Source of the DNA: Felis catus
Taxonomy: Eukaryota
Assembly (NCBI RefSeq): GCF_018350175.1
Contig: NC_058368.1
Coordinates: 78,866,001 to 78,930,000, forward strand
DNA length: 64,000 nucleotides
Direction of reading: 5' to 3'
Part shown: positions 52,268-63,529 of the stretch, piece after piece
Layout: every line of letters starts with the position of its first letter
Numbering within the stretch: the first letter of the stretch is position 1
Position numbers and translations under genes: made by a program
The notes under the pieces: model-generated
Told to the model about the DNA's origin: nothing
Databases searched by the model: none
Seen by the model: the letters and a program-made list of their open reading frames with translations, nothing else

Positions 52268-52484
52268 TTTTTTTTTTAAGTTTATTTATTTATTTTTGCG
52301 AGAGAGAAGAGGGAGAGAACCCGCAAGAGAAGAGCAGAAAGAGAAGGAGAGAGAGAATCCCAAGCAGGCTCTGTGCTGTCAGCTCAGAGCCAGATGCAGG
52401 GCTCGAACTCATGAGCTGAGAGATCATGACCTGAGCTGCAACCAGGAGTCAGACGCTCAACTGACTGAGTCACCCAGGCACCCC
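52268..52484 (-). mobile_element. Can-SINE
   Basis: TSD agggaca(at/gc)ctacatttt. Confidence 0.9.
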
Positions 52485-53412
52485 AGGGACAGCCTACATT
52501 TTAATAAGCTCTTGTGCTTGAAAAGGTTTTCCTTAATGTATTTTTAAAATCTTTTTAAAATAACGTAGTACATTTTTATTTTAATCGTCTTAACTTCTCC
52601 ATAAAATTCCCCATTTGTTAAAATGGAGGGGCTGATGTTTCTTAGTCACATGACAAACATTTTTAACATAATTTGGGTGCTATCACGAAGCCAGGCCTTA
52701 AGGTTTTGTACGTGGGATGCACGTCTTTGCACAAGTGTGTGCACATGCAGTTTTCTTGCTGAAGGTTAAGGTTGCTGGTTGTGTAAGTATCTTATCAGGA
52801 AAGGCCATTAAACTATCTGGTGAACTATGTTTATTTCTTTTTAAAGCTCGTTTCTGGTTTCCTCACCCGCCTCCCATATTGTCATACTTCTCTCCTAGTA
52901 CTTCCAATAGGACTTAGGCAAGTTTCTGCCTCTGATGATTTACTGAATGTTTCTTATACTAACCCTTCTTCACTAAAACCTTTTCTAAATTAATTCTTCA
53001 CTGTAGCATTTATGGGTTTTTGTTTGCTTTGACAAAAGAATGATTGATTTTTATGACATTGGATTTTCATTTACTTTTGCCAGTCTTTGGCCCAGGGAGA
53101 AGGGTAGAGCTTATGTTCACTGTTTATATATCAGCCAGCTGCATATGGCACCTTCCAGGTATATTGAGAACCTACCAGGTATAAATGGAACTGACCAGGT
53201 ATATATGGAAGCTTTGAGATACATTTTGAAGCTTTCAAGTGTTTATAAAACCTACTATTTAATCAGTAATGACTTAGGTTTTATGAAAATCCATGGGAAA
53301 CTTTAAGGCATGACCTCTAAAAAGAATAACATTGGTGACATTTAATTTCTATATATTAAATAAGAACTAGTAAATATTTAAATACATGAATAAATAAAGT
53401 GGAGAAAGGAGA

Positions 53413-53830
53413 GTGTGTTAGGATTCTCTAGAGAAAACCAAGAGGAGAAATATAGATGCAGGTATGTGTATATACATATATACACACACACATGCATATG
53501 CACACACATACATATGTGCATACATGTACACATACATATACATACATGCATGTGCACACATACACACATGTGCATGTGCACACACATATACATACATGCA
53601 TATGCATATACACATATGCATATACATGTATGTATACACATATACATACATATGCATACACATGCATATACATATACACACATATATACATATACATATA
53701 CATATTCATAGTATACATATACATATGCATGTACATGTGCATTTACAGAATTGACTCACATGATGGAGGCTGAGAAGTCCCGAGATCTACATCCACAAGC
53801 TGGAGACCCAGGAGAGCTGCTTCTGGTCTG
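53413..53830 (-). mobile_element. MLT2-type (ERVL) LTR fragment with expanded internal microsatellite
   Basis: tgtgttaggattctctagagaaa...gaattgactcacatgatggaggctgagaagtccc...aagctggagacccagg. Confidence 0.8.
53455..53742. repeat. Complex alternating purine-pyrimidine (CA/TA/TG) tract
   Basis: Seen directly. Confidence 0.95.
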
Positions 53831-54540
53831 GTGCCAGGTCTGGCTGGTCAGGAAGAGAATCCTAGTGAGAGAGTGAGAAAGAGCAAGGGTCAGTATGAAG
53901 TCACATGGTGGCAGCCACAGCAGGGAGGGCAATGACATGTGCAGACTACAACCAAATAATAATAGTTTGATGGGGAAGAGCCGTGTTGTGGGGAGTCTTG
54001 CGAAACACATAAGAGAATTTATTGTTTGGGTGAAATGTTTATGAGTAGGACAGTGATTAGATGGCTGTACACATTGGGAAGATGAATCAGATAGAGGCTT
54101 GGACACACACTCATTCTCTTTGATCCAGAATGAAAACTACTTGTCAAGGCCCGTCTTGCTTTGTTATGGGGATACACGTCCAGGCAATTTTGATAGGAGT
54201 CTGATAAAGCACTCTTGTGGAGGAAACACACAGTTTTGGGGAGTTCGTACAGAGGACATCCAAACCTACAAGACTTCCCAGAGAAAGTGGGCTGCCAAGA
54301 GCAATGGAATTCATCCAGAATGTTCCATGGGGAGTATGTGTGGGTTATGTTCCCAGTGGAGAAAGCAGGATGAGTGAGGGCCCAGAGGTGGACTAGACTT
54401 AGGTCTGTCTGAGAGACCAAAGGAAGTTCCATGTAGCAAGAGCTCAGAGGGCATGAAGAGGCTTGGAGAACAGATGGCATCCGATGGGGTGGGCCTTTGG
54501 GAACCACGCTAGGGAATTCGTGTTTTAAGAGCAATGGAAA

Positions 54541-54696
54541 GGGGCGCCACGGGGCTCAGTCGGTAAAGCGTCCGACTTTGGCTCAGGTCATGACCTCACA
54601 GTTCATGGGTTCAAGCGCCATGTTGGGCTCTGTGCTGACAGCTCAGGGCCTGGAGCCTGCTTCGAATTCTGTGTCTCCCTCTCTCTGCCCCTCCTC

Positions 54697-54743
<47 letters not shown>

Positions 54744-54770
54744 AAAAATAAATGAACATTAAAAAAAATA
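54541..54770 (+). mobile_element. Can-SINE within an antisense L2-like relic
   Basis: TSD aaga(g/c)caatgg.aa. Confidence 0.9.
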
Positions 54771-55155
54771 AGACCAATGGGAAGGATTTAAGGTTTGGAC
54801 TTGGGAAGTGCATTCACTACATTTACATTCTGAAAAGAGAACTTTGCCTTTAGAGCAGAAACTAGGTTGGGGGTGAGCAGACATGGGTCCAGGAGACCAG
54901 CTTCTATAGTGTTTGGGGAGATTTGAACAGAGGGAGACAGAGAATACTATAGTCCCTGGGTGTCCATTGAGAGACTGATGGCTGTGGGGAACAGGGAACA
55001 TGGAGGTCCTCCTGTTGGATTCACGGTGCATGCGGAATCAACCTGGCTGAGGGAAGTTCTACACAGTATAGGAGGAGAAAGAAGTTTGAATGTTGCAAAT
55101 ATTCTTATCCGTCAGCCTGGGAGACTGAATTAGGGTGGGTAATAGAAATACAGTA

Positions 55156-55361
55156 GGGGTGCCTGGGTGGCTCAGTTGCTTAAGTGTCCAACTTTGGCTC
55201 AGGTCATGATCTGACAGTCCATGGGTTTGAGTCCCGTGTCAGGCTCAGTGCTGACAGCTCGGGGCCTGGAGCTTGCTTTGGATTCTGTGTCTCCTTCTCT
55301 CTTTGACCCTCCCCCAATCGTGCTCTGTCTCTCTCTCTCTCTCAAAAATAAATATTAAAAT

Positions 55362-55396
<35 letters not shown>
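55156..55396 (+). mobile_element. Can-SINE with (TA)n-expanded tail
   Basis: TSD gaaatacagta (55145-55155) / gaagtacaata (55397-55407). Confidence 0.9.
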
Positions 55397-55399
<3 letters not shown>

Positions 55400-55402
55400 G
55401 TA

Positions 55403-56177
55403 CAATAAAACCTTGGTTTGTGAGCGTAATTCATTTCAGAAACACACTTGTAATCCAAAGCACTTGCATATCAAAGCGAATTCCCCCGTAAGGAATAATA
55501 GAAACTCAGATGATTCGTTCAACCCAAAAATATTCATATGAAAATGATTACAATACTGTTATCTAATATGAAATAATAAAGAAAGTACAAAATATAAAGA
55601 AAAATAAACAAATTAAGCTGCACTTCCCTTTGAAAACCCTTACGGCTGGTGCGAGGGAGACAAGAGAGAGGAGGGTTATTGTGTAGGGAGGCTTTCAGGA
55701 TCACTAATGGAATCACTGCTATGTATTGACTCCATGGAATCTTTCTTTTTTGTGCAAGTTTAACAAGGCACCTATCCAATGACCTAGAATGGAGCAAAGC
55801 ATTCTTAGCTGACTCTTGTCTGGAAAAGCAAAGGACTGTCCCTGGGTGCTCTGAAGTGACAAAAAAGTACACCAGTGCCAGTTGGGGGCACCTTCCAACG
55901 TCCTGAAAAATCACGGATTTCTGCCAAACACTGTGGCCTGAGACCGAGCATCCAAGCATGCGAGACGATCACCCACAATCCTGCAGAGAGAGGGAGAGAG
56001 AGAGAGAGAGAGAGAGAGGAGAACCATAGGCTCAGTTGTGATCGTGTGACTTTCAGCATCACGTACGACTCGTATTGCAAGACATCGCTCATGTATCAAG
56101 TCACAATGTATTAGAGACGTTTGCTCATCTTGTGGAAGCCTCACAGAACAAGTTGCTGGCGATCCTGGGTTTTCCTG
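55403..56177. mobile_element. Non-autonomous Tc1/mariner (Tigger/pogo-like) DNA transposon, ~775 bp
   Basis: TA at both ends (55401-55402, 56178-56179); degenerate 23-nt TIRs caataaaaccttggtttgtgagc / gctggcgatcctgggttttcctg (15/23 complementary); no transposase ORF. Confidence 0.7.
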
Positions 56178-56762
56178 TAATTCATTTGAGAGGAAGGCAG
56201 AACTCCCTGTTGGATCTACGAAGTCTGAAGCGGTTGCTTGATGTGTTTGTGAGCCATGGTCAGCAGGATGCTTTCACGGAGTTAGCACCGAGGGAACACT
56301 TGAGGCAAGTTCGTGGGTAGGTCCCCGTGGAGACCCCGAACAAGCGTGTTGCTCAACGATAACGTGTCTGCGTCGCACGTTCTGTCACACTGACGTGTGA
56401 GAGGAGTGTCACTGCAGGTGCTACCTGGTCAGTGTTTCAAACCCAGGGTTATGGTGCACTGGGTCCTGCACAACAGCGTCATGGCCATGACCTTGCACAG
56501 TGCTTTTTCATGACCATTTTCCCTGAGGAGGATCTCAGCGCCCGTTCAGCCTTGCCCGAAGCATATTTGTGTATTTATATAGATCTCTGCACTGCCCTCC
56601 TGTGCGGCTGGGGCCATCCTGGGCAGGCCGGGGTGGGGGGAGACGACATGAACCGCAGAGAGCCCCTCCTCCACCCCCCACAGATGCAGCCCCCTGGCCA
56701 TTCGTGAAGGCCAGACCAAGCCCATGTTCTGAGCAGCAACTTCTGTCTCTCCCCATCTCACA

Positions 56763-56988
56763 TTTTTTAATTTTTTAAAAATATTTATTTATTTTTGACA
56801 CAGAGAGAGAGAGAGACAGAATATGAGCAGGGGAGGGGCAGAGAGAGAGGGAGACACAGAATCCGAAGCAGGCTCCAGGCTCTGAGCTGTCAGCACAGAA
56901 CCCGATGCAGGACTCGATCTCACGAACCGTGATATCATGACTGGAGCCCATGTCAGACGCTCAACCGACTGAGCCACCCAGGCGCCCC
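56763..56988 (-). mobile_element. Can-SINE
   Basis: Flanking repeat catctcac. Confidence 0.92.
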
Positions 56989-57675
56989 CCTCATCTCACC
57001 ATTTTAATATTGATGGTTCTCTGTGAGGGCTTCAGGGCAAAGGAAAGACGCCCCCTCCTCTGGCAGAAGGGCCCGTGCTGGTCACAAGGCTGGGGGACTG
57101 GCTGCACACTGGGGCTCGGGCCCCCCAGACACTGACCCTGAGTCTTTGTGCAAGAGGTGGGGCCGTTCTGTTCTAGGGTCTCCACCCCCAGCTCTTCGAA
57201 TTAGATGGTTTCAAGAAACAAGTGAGATGACCCATAAGCATTCACTATTTGAAAGATGGTAAGAGTTGAGAATTTGTTTCACCAGATGTTTTGAAGAAAT
57301 ACTCTGACTGATTAGAAAAATATGGACAAACTATTCTGGGAATGTCACAAGACCCAGAGTCTTTCTGAATACATAATTTATTAAATGGATTCTGTTTTTT
57401 TCCTGAAGACCACTGGCCAGGGTTTCCTCTTTCCAAACAAAATAGTTTGAGGCTAATATATTAATATTTTCATTGCTGGAGATTTATGTGTCCGAACCTG
57501 TGGTTAATAAAAACTTTATTCATATCCCGTTGAAGGGGGGGCGGGATTTAAAATTCATTAATACTTTCCAGATAGCTTAGAAACAATAAAGAAAAGAATT
57601 TCCTTTTTAGGAGCAAGGTGGGGGTGTGTGAGCAAGAAGGTGTTATTTACCACCTTCACTAGAAAACTAGTAAAC

Positions 57676-57908
57676 GGGGTGCCTGGGGGTTCAGTCAGTT
57701 GAGCGTTGACTTTGGCTCAGGTCATGATCTCACGGTCCGTGAGTTCAAGCCCCGCGTCAGGCTCTGTGCTGACAGCTCGGAGCCTGGAGCCTGCTTCGGA
57801 TTCTGTGTCTCCCTCTCTCTCTCTGCCCCTCCCCTGTTCAGTCTCCACTCTCTCCCTCCCTCCCTCCCTCTCTCTCTGTCAATAAATAAACATTTAAAAA
57901 ATTTTAAA
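57676..57908 (+). mobile_element. Can-SINE
   Basis: Head, body and tail. Confidence 0.9.
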
Positions 57909-58118
57909 AACCTCGTAAGCAGTGTTGTCTGTGCTGATGCCAAGTATTTGCTTTTGCCTTACCTGGTTTCTGTTTACTTATTAAACATCCCCAAGTAAAA
58001 AGCAGCTCTGCCCACAATAGAGAAGACATTGTTCTTTTGTATTTAAGGGGCAGATAAAACCCTGAGCAAAACATCATGTTTGTAGTCTGTGAGCTTCTGA
58101 CTTGGTGAATGGGCTGTA

Positions 58119-58173
58119 CACGTGGCTTTAAGTAGCGATATCTTTGCACGTGGCTTTAAGTAGTAATATCTTT
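58119..58173 (+). repeat. 28-bp tandem duplication, each copy starting with CACGTG
   Basis: cacgtggctttaagtag(cg/ta)atatcttt twice. Confidence 0.9.
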
Positions 58174-58289
58174 TATTTGTATTCGAGCCTTCCCTCCCAG
58201 TGTATCCTGGGGACACATGCAGCCACAGAGTTATTTTGTGTCAAGGAATGGTGGAGCCTGGCGAACACTGGCAGGACAGCTGTGTTTTG

Positions 58290-58378
58290 TTTGTTAGTTA
58301 GTTTGTTAAATTTATGTTGAAATATGGTTGACATATAACGTTGTGTAAGTTTAAGGTGTACCAAGTGTTGGTTTGATA

Positions 58379-58409
<31 letters not shown>

Positions 58410-58760
58410 ATGTATATGTATATGTATATATATGTACTGTATGTGTATACATATATATTAAATATATATGGTACTACATATTACTGTATAATGTATGTAT
58501 ATATTACGTACATACAAATATATGTATGTATACATGTACATATGTGTACATGTCCATATATCTGTATGTAACATATACGTTATATATATTATATAGTAAT
58601 ACCTGTGTTCTGTCATCTACGTATTTCTTTTCTGTGGTGAAAACAATTAACATCTAGTCTCTTAGCAACTGGGAAGTTTTGAAGTTCCGTGATCACTATG
58701 CCCTGCATGGCATCTCCAGAATGCTTTCATTTACGAGTCGCACATTTGCTATTTTAATGT
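58290..58760 (-). mobile_element. Old L1 (L1MA-like) 3' end with internal TA/TG-rich microsatellite (58375-58600)
   Basis: ttgtgtaagtttaaggtgtac...tttgatat; tgtggtgaaaacaattaacatctagtctcttagcaa. Confidence 0.7.
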
Positions 58761-58934
58761 GCCTGGCACCAGCGGGAGACAGGAGGTACTGGGTCCCAGA
58801 GCGGGGACACAGGCCCTTGAAATTCCATGGTGGGTTGTTTGCAAACAGTCACTGTTTGTATTTGATATTCAGATCACGTCACCACCACCTTGAATTCGCG
58901 GTCTCCGTGTCAGAGCGATGCCGCTGACACTCTT

Positions 58935-59220
58935 CTGTAAGTCTAAAGACGAAACTACCCTATGACTGAGCTCTTGGACTCGTTGGCATTTAGCCCAGAA
59001 AAACAAAGACTTACATTTACCCCAAAACCTGCATGGGAGTGTTCATAGCAGCTTTATTCATAATAGTTCCAAACTAGAAACAACCTGGATTTTCCTCAAA
59101 TGACCAACTGGTCTGGCACACTGTGGTACATTCATACTGTGGAATACTACTCAGCAATAAAATGAAGCAAATTATTGATATACACAACAAACCAAATGAA
59201 TCCCTACAGAATTATGCTCC
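58935..59220 (+). mobile_element. Old L1 ORF2 3' fragment
   Basis: gttcatagcagctttattcataatag...tgtggtacattcatactgtggaatactactcagcaataaaa. Confidence 0.8.
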
Positions 59221-59575
59221 TTTTTTTTTAATTCATGGTTTTATAGAGATATTTTTTCCTGGTTATGCATAACAGCCATTGATTCTTGGAAAACTGGAGA
59301 ATATGAAACACACAAAAAAAAAAGAAAAGAGAAAAAATATACCTCCAATCTGCCATCTATCCCTCTGTCTTTCCACTTTGTTTTCCTGAGGCTATTAAAC
59401 TAATGGAGAGAGAAAAAATACCACATCTTCGTGATTTAAAGTTATCCAAGGGAAAGTAAAATTGTGTATCGGTCATGGAAGTTATGGAGCACGCAATGGC
59501 GTTGGGGTCTGGATGCTGAGCTTTGTGAAGACAAGAACTGGGGGTTGCTTGCTTCTCTGTCCTGACCTACTTTTA

Positions 59576-59844
59576 TTATTTTTTATTTATTTTTTTAAAT
59601 ATATGAAATTTATTGTTGTTTCCATACAACACCCAGTGCTCATCCCAAAAGGTGCCCTCCTCAATACCCATCACCCACCCTCCGCTCCCTCCCACCCCCC
59701 ATCAGCCCTCAGTTTGTTCTCAGTTTTTAAGAGTCTCTTATGCTTTGGTTCTCTCCCTCTCTAACCTCTTTTTTTTTCCTTCCCCGCCCCCATGAGTTCC
59801 TGTTAAGTTTCTCAGGATCCACATAAGAGTGAAAACATATGGTA
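59576..59844 (-). mobile_element. Felid L1 (L1_Fc-like) 3' end with perfect 15-nt TSD
   Basis: cctgacctactttta at 59561-59575 and 59845-59859; closely resembles the reverse complement of 20470-20729. Confidence 0.93.
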
Positions 59845-60015
59845 CCTGACCTACTTTTAAAGTCCTGTTTAATAGAACATTATCAAGTAACACATTTCAC
59901 ACCAATTAGGACTTTTGTATGATTCATCAATGAGGAACCTAGAAAGTTAGTTTTCCTAGAATTTGCCTTGAGAAGGATTGGCCACGCTTAACTAGCTATT
60001 AAAATTCGGAGAGAA

Positions 60016-60222
60016 GGGGGGCTCCTGGGTGGTTCTGGTGGTTAAGCGCCCAGCTCTTGATTGTGTCTGGGGTCATGATCTCCTGGTGTGTGGAATCGAG
60101 CCTCGCTTTGGGCTCTGGGCTGATTAGCTCAGAGCCTGCTTGGGATTCTCTTTCTCCCTCTTTCTCTGTCGCTCCTCTCACTTGAGTGCTCTCGCTCTCT
60201 CTCACTCTCTCAAACATTTAAA
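60016..60222 (+). mobile_element. Older Can-SINE
   Basis: Diverged head, (CT)n and tail. Confidence 0.85.
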
Positions 60223-61067
60223 AGAAATTTGGGGGGAAGAAATGAATAGGGACAGTGGCAGAGTCAAGGTCTGCGGAGAAGCAGTAGTTCACAAGTCTCC
60301 TTGTAGTTACCAATTCAGACGACACCTATGATCAAGGATCTAAAGTTATTGAAAAATATCACTTCATATAGTTGATAACAGTGTTATCAAAATTTCCACA
60401 AAATGGGACTACCGAATTTCCGCAGTGCTTTTGTCCTTTTGTTGTTAATGAAACCTAAGTGCATTTAGTAAAGACAGACTTTTCTGAGGAAGTGCATCTT
60501 CAGAAAAACTTGGTGCCTCAATCTGTTCCTTGGTGGGATATTTCTGCTATTTCCAGAAATCAGGCTGGATACAACTTGCCTGCCATATAACTTAATTCCA
60601 TACTTTTGGACATAACTGACCTGCTAAATCGGCTTGTCCCTACCTGCTTCAGAGACAATGGAGTTATCTACTAAATAATCCACATTTAAACACATGGTAA
60701 AAATAAGGGTAATCTTTTCCTGTTTTCCTTCATCTCCCTTGTTTAATATGTCTTTTCACTTCTTTCCCCCACCATTGCACAGTGGAACTAGCATAGAGTG
60801 TTACTCAAGATGTGTAACCTCTCACTTGGCCTCATTTAATCATTTGCCTTTCTGCGGGACTGTTAGTAGAATTATCTGCAGCCCTATTGAGAGCTAAATG
60901 TGTTCTCATGATTACAGAGTTTTCGTATGTATTCATGACGTTTCATAAATTAAAGTCAAATATGGCTTAGGCATGTGCACATGTGTGTCAAACAGATGTG
61001 TGCGTGTGCACACACACATTGTGCCTGGAGTCTGAGCATAAAAAGTTGAATCAGACACTTTCATAGC

Positions 61068-61163
61068 ATGCCGCATCAGGCTCTGTGTTGACAGTGTGAA
61101 GGAGCTGCCCCTCCCCACCTCCTCTCTCTTTGTCTCTCAAAATAAACAAAAACTTAAAAAAAA
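61068..61163 (+). mobile_element. Truncated Can-SINE 3' part
   Basis: cgcatcaggctctgtgttgacagtg...tctcaaaataaacaaaaacttaaaa. Confidence 0.7.
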
Positions 61164-61400
61164 TGTTATCATAAAGGGTCAAATAAGAGTTGATTCTAAA
61201 CCTCCAGATTCTTGGTTGTAATGTATTCCTGGACGTATTTTTCAAGTATTTCTCTTTGCTTGTGTGTGGCTTCATTAACAAATCATGTCAAAGGGAAGGT
61301 GAGTACTTTTAATCTTCAAAAAATAAACCTTAATTTTTTTTTTCTGATAGTAACATTTCCATTTTATTTTATTTAATCTTTTAAAGTGTATTTATTTCGA

Positions 61401-61591
61401 GGGGCGCCTCAGTGGCTCAGTCGGTTGAGCGTCCAACTCTTGATTTAGGCTCAGGTCATGATCCCATGGTTTGTGGGTTTGAGCCCCGTATCAGGCTCTG
61501 TGCTGACAGAAGAGTCTGTCTCTCCCTCTCTCTCTGCCCCTCCCCTATTCACGCTTGAGCTCTCTTTCAAAATAAATAAACTTAAAAGAAT
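61401..61591 (+). mobile_element. Can-SINE inserted in opposite orientation into the tail of another SINE
   Basis: TSD aaagt(g/t)tatttattt(c/t)ga at 61383-61400 and 61592-61609. Confidence 0.88.
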
Positions 61592-61604
61592 AAAGTTTAT
61601 TTAT

Positions 61605-61648
<44 letters not shown>

Positions 61649-61807
61649 GGGGAGGGGCATAGTGCGAAGGGTAGAGAGAATGCCAAGCAAGCTCTGTGCT
61701 GTGAGTGCAGAGCCCTATGTGGGGCTCCATCCCATGAACCCTGAGATCATGACCTGAGCCGAAATCAAGAGTGGGACACTCAACCGACTGAGCCCTGAGC
61801 CACCCCA
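61592..61807 (-). mobile_element. Can-SINE (host)
   Basis: Outer repeat ac(a/t)tttccatttta at ~61352-61365 and ~61809-61822. Confidence 0.88.
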
Positions 61808-63018
61808 TACTTTTCCATTTTAAGATACAGTTTTGTAAACAGCTAAGAACTATATTTCTGGTGAGATCATCCTGGACATGATTGAATAGTGGGAGAAATT
61901 TTGAGGTCACGTAGAAGACATTGAGTTCCAGTTTTCTTTTGGTCATTTTCATGCCATTAAGTTTTCAAGCCACAGAGGAACATACAACCGAACTTAAAGC
62001 GTCATTCCTCCATCAGGCCAACTGTCCTCTACAACCCGATTTTGATTGAGTTTCTCCTGGACCATTGCGTTCTTAACAGCCCAGTCTGCAACTACTAAGA
62101 TTAATTTCACTTGGCTTCCTCCATCCAGAATTCAGCAGAAGTGAAAATGCTGGTTCTTCTCACTGCTTCACGGAGCAGGTCGTAGCCGCTGTAAATTCTC
62201 TACCATAAGGACACGAAAAGTGGGGGACGGGGTGGCTTAAAGAAATACTGAAATGCCCATAGGTAGGGCTTGTTAACTGACTATTTTTTAAGAATCTTAA
62301 AATGGTGGTATTTCACACATTTGACTCTATAATGTCAACAGGAGCCCATAGTTCTCTGAAGGAGGTTCATTGGTCTCTTTCGTGGAACAGTGGAGTAGTA
62401 GCCTCTGTGATGATCAACAAGTAAGTGGGAGAGAAAAGAGGGCGTCAGGAAGATGGATGGAAAACTGTGGTGGGAACAGCGGTCGCAATTTCCTATCTTT
62501 AATCAAGCCTTTATAGTCACTAAAGTTTTGCACATTTTGGGCAAAATGACTGACCATCCCACCCAATTCCTCACTAGTATTGATGACCTTGACCTTGACC
62601 TTTTGTGCTACTGCCCCAGCCCCACCCCAGCCATCCCAGGTCAGACAGCGGAGGAGATCCCTGGAGAAGGGGCGTGCACCACGTGAGCTGGGCTTCAGCT
62701 CCCTCCGGGCCCGGCACAGCGTCCACTCGGCTTCCGGGGCCTCCCAGCTTGGCAGTCATGTCTGTCTCCACAGCAAATACCTCAGATTCTTACAGCTTCC
62801 GCCAGCCAGCGGCGCCTAGTCATCTAGACCCAACCTCTTCCTTTCCTCGAAACACTGAAGCCTCAAAGCGCTGGTTTCTTTGCTGCTCTGAGACGCCAGC
62901 AGCCTTTGGACCCGTGTTTGTCACCTCAGCTGGCACATCGAGAGGCCGTGTCCCTTCTGTGGTGGAAGGCATGCCCTCCCACCGTGCTCCAGTCCCAAAC
63001 CCTCTTCCCTTCTAGCAA

Positions 63019-63214
63019 CTTTATTTTTAATGTTTTTATGTATTTATGTTGAGAGAGAGAGAGACAGAGGCAGAAATAGAGGGAGAGAGAGAACCCCAAG
63101 CCAACTCCATCAGAGTAGAGCCCAATCTGGGGCTCGATCTCATGACCGTGAGATCATGACCAGAGCCAAAACCCGGAGTCGGATGCTCAACTGACTGAGC
63201 CACCCAGGCGCCCC
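63019..63214 (-). mobile_element. Can-SINE
   Basis: Flanking repeat cttc(t/c)agcaacttt. Confidence 0.9.
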
Positions 63215-63529
63215 TCTTCCAGCAACTTTCTGCTCTTCAGACCCCCTACACCTCCCTTTCTGTCAGCCTTCCATCCAGGATCTTCTGTGGGCTTCCAACT
63301 CAGCATGGAAATCTTCTGAAGACTCTCCCAGTCCCCACCCCAGGAGGCTGGACTCCCTCACTTGCATGCTTCAGAGCTAGCACTGAGGGAAGAGAAGTCT
63401 TCACAGCCCCACCATCAACAGCAGTCTGTGTCTTTCCCCACACCACCACCCATTTCCTTGTGTCTACGGTCTCTTTTCTGTCACTATCAATCATTCTTGA
63501 AAATGTTACCCTTTTGTTTGGACGGCTCT

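Noticed and set aside
53378..53773. Six overlapping ~100-aa ORFs
   Set aside because: Translations of an RY microsatellite in all frames.
54019..54534. 171-aa minus-strand ORF
   Set aside because: Overlaps a decayed L2-like relic; no recognisable motifs.
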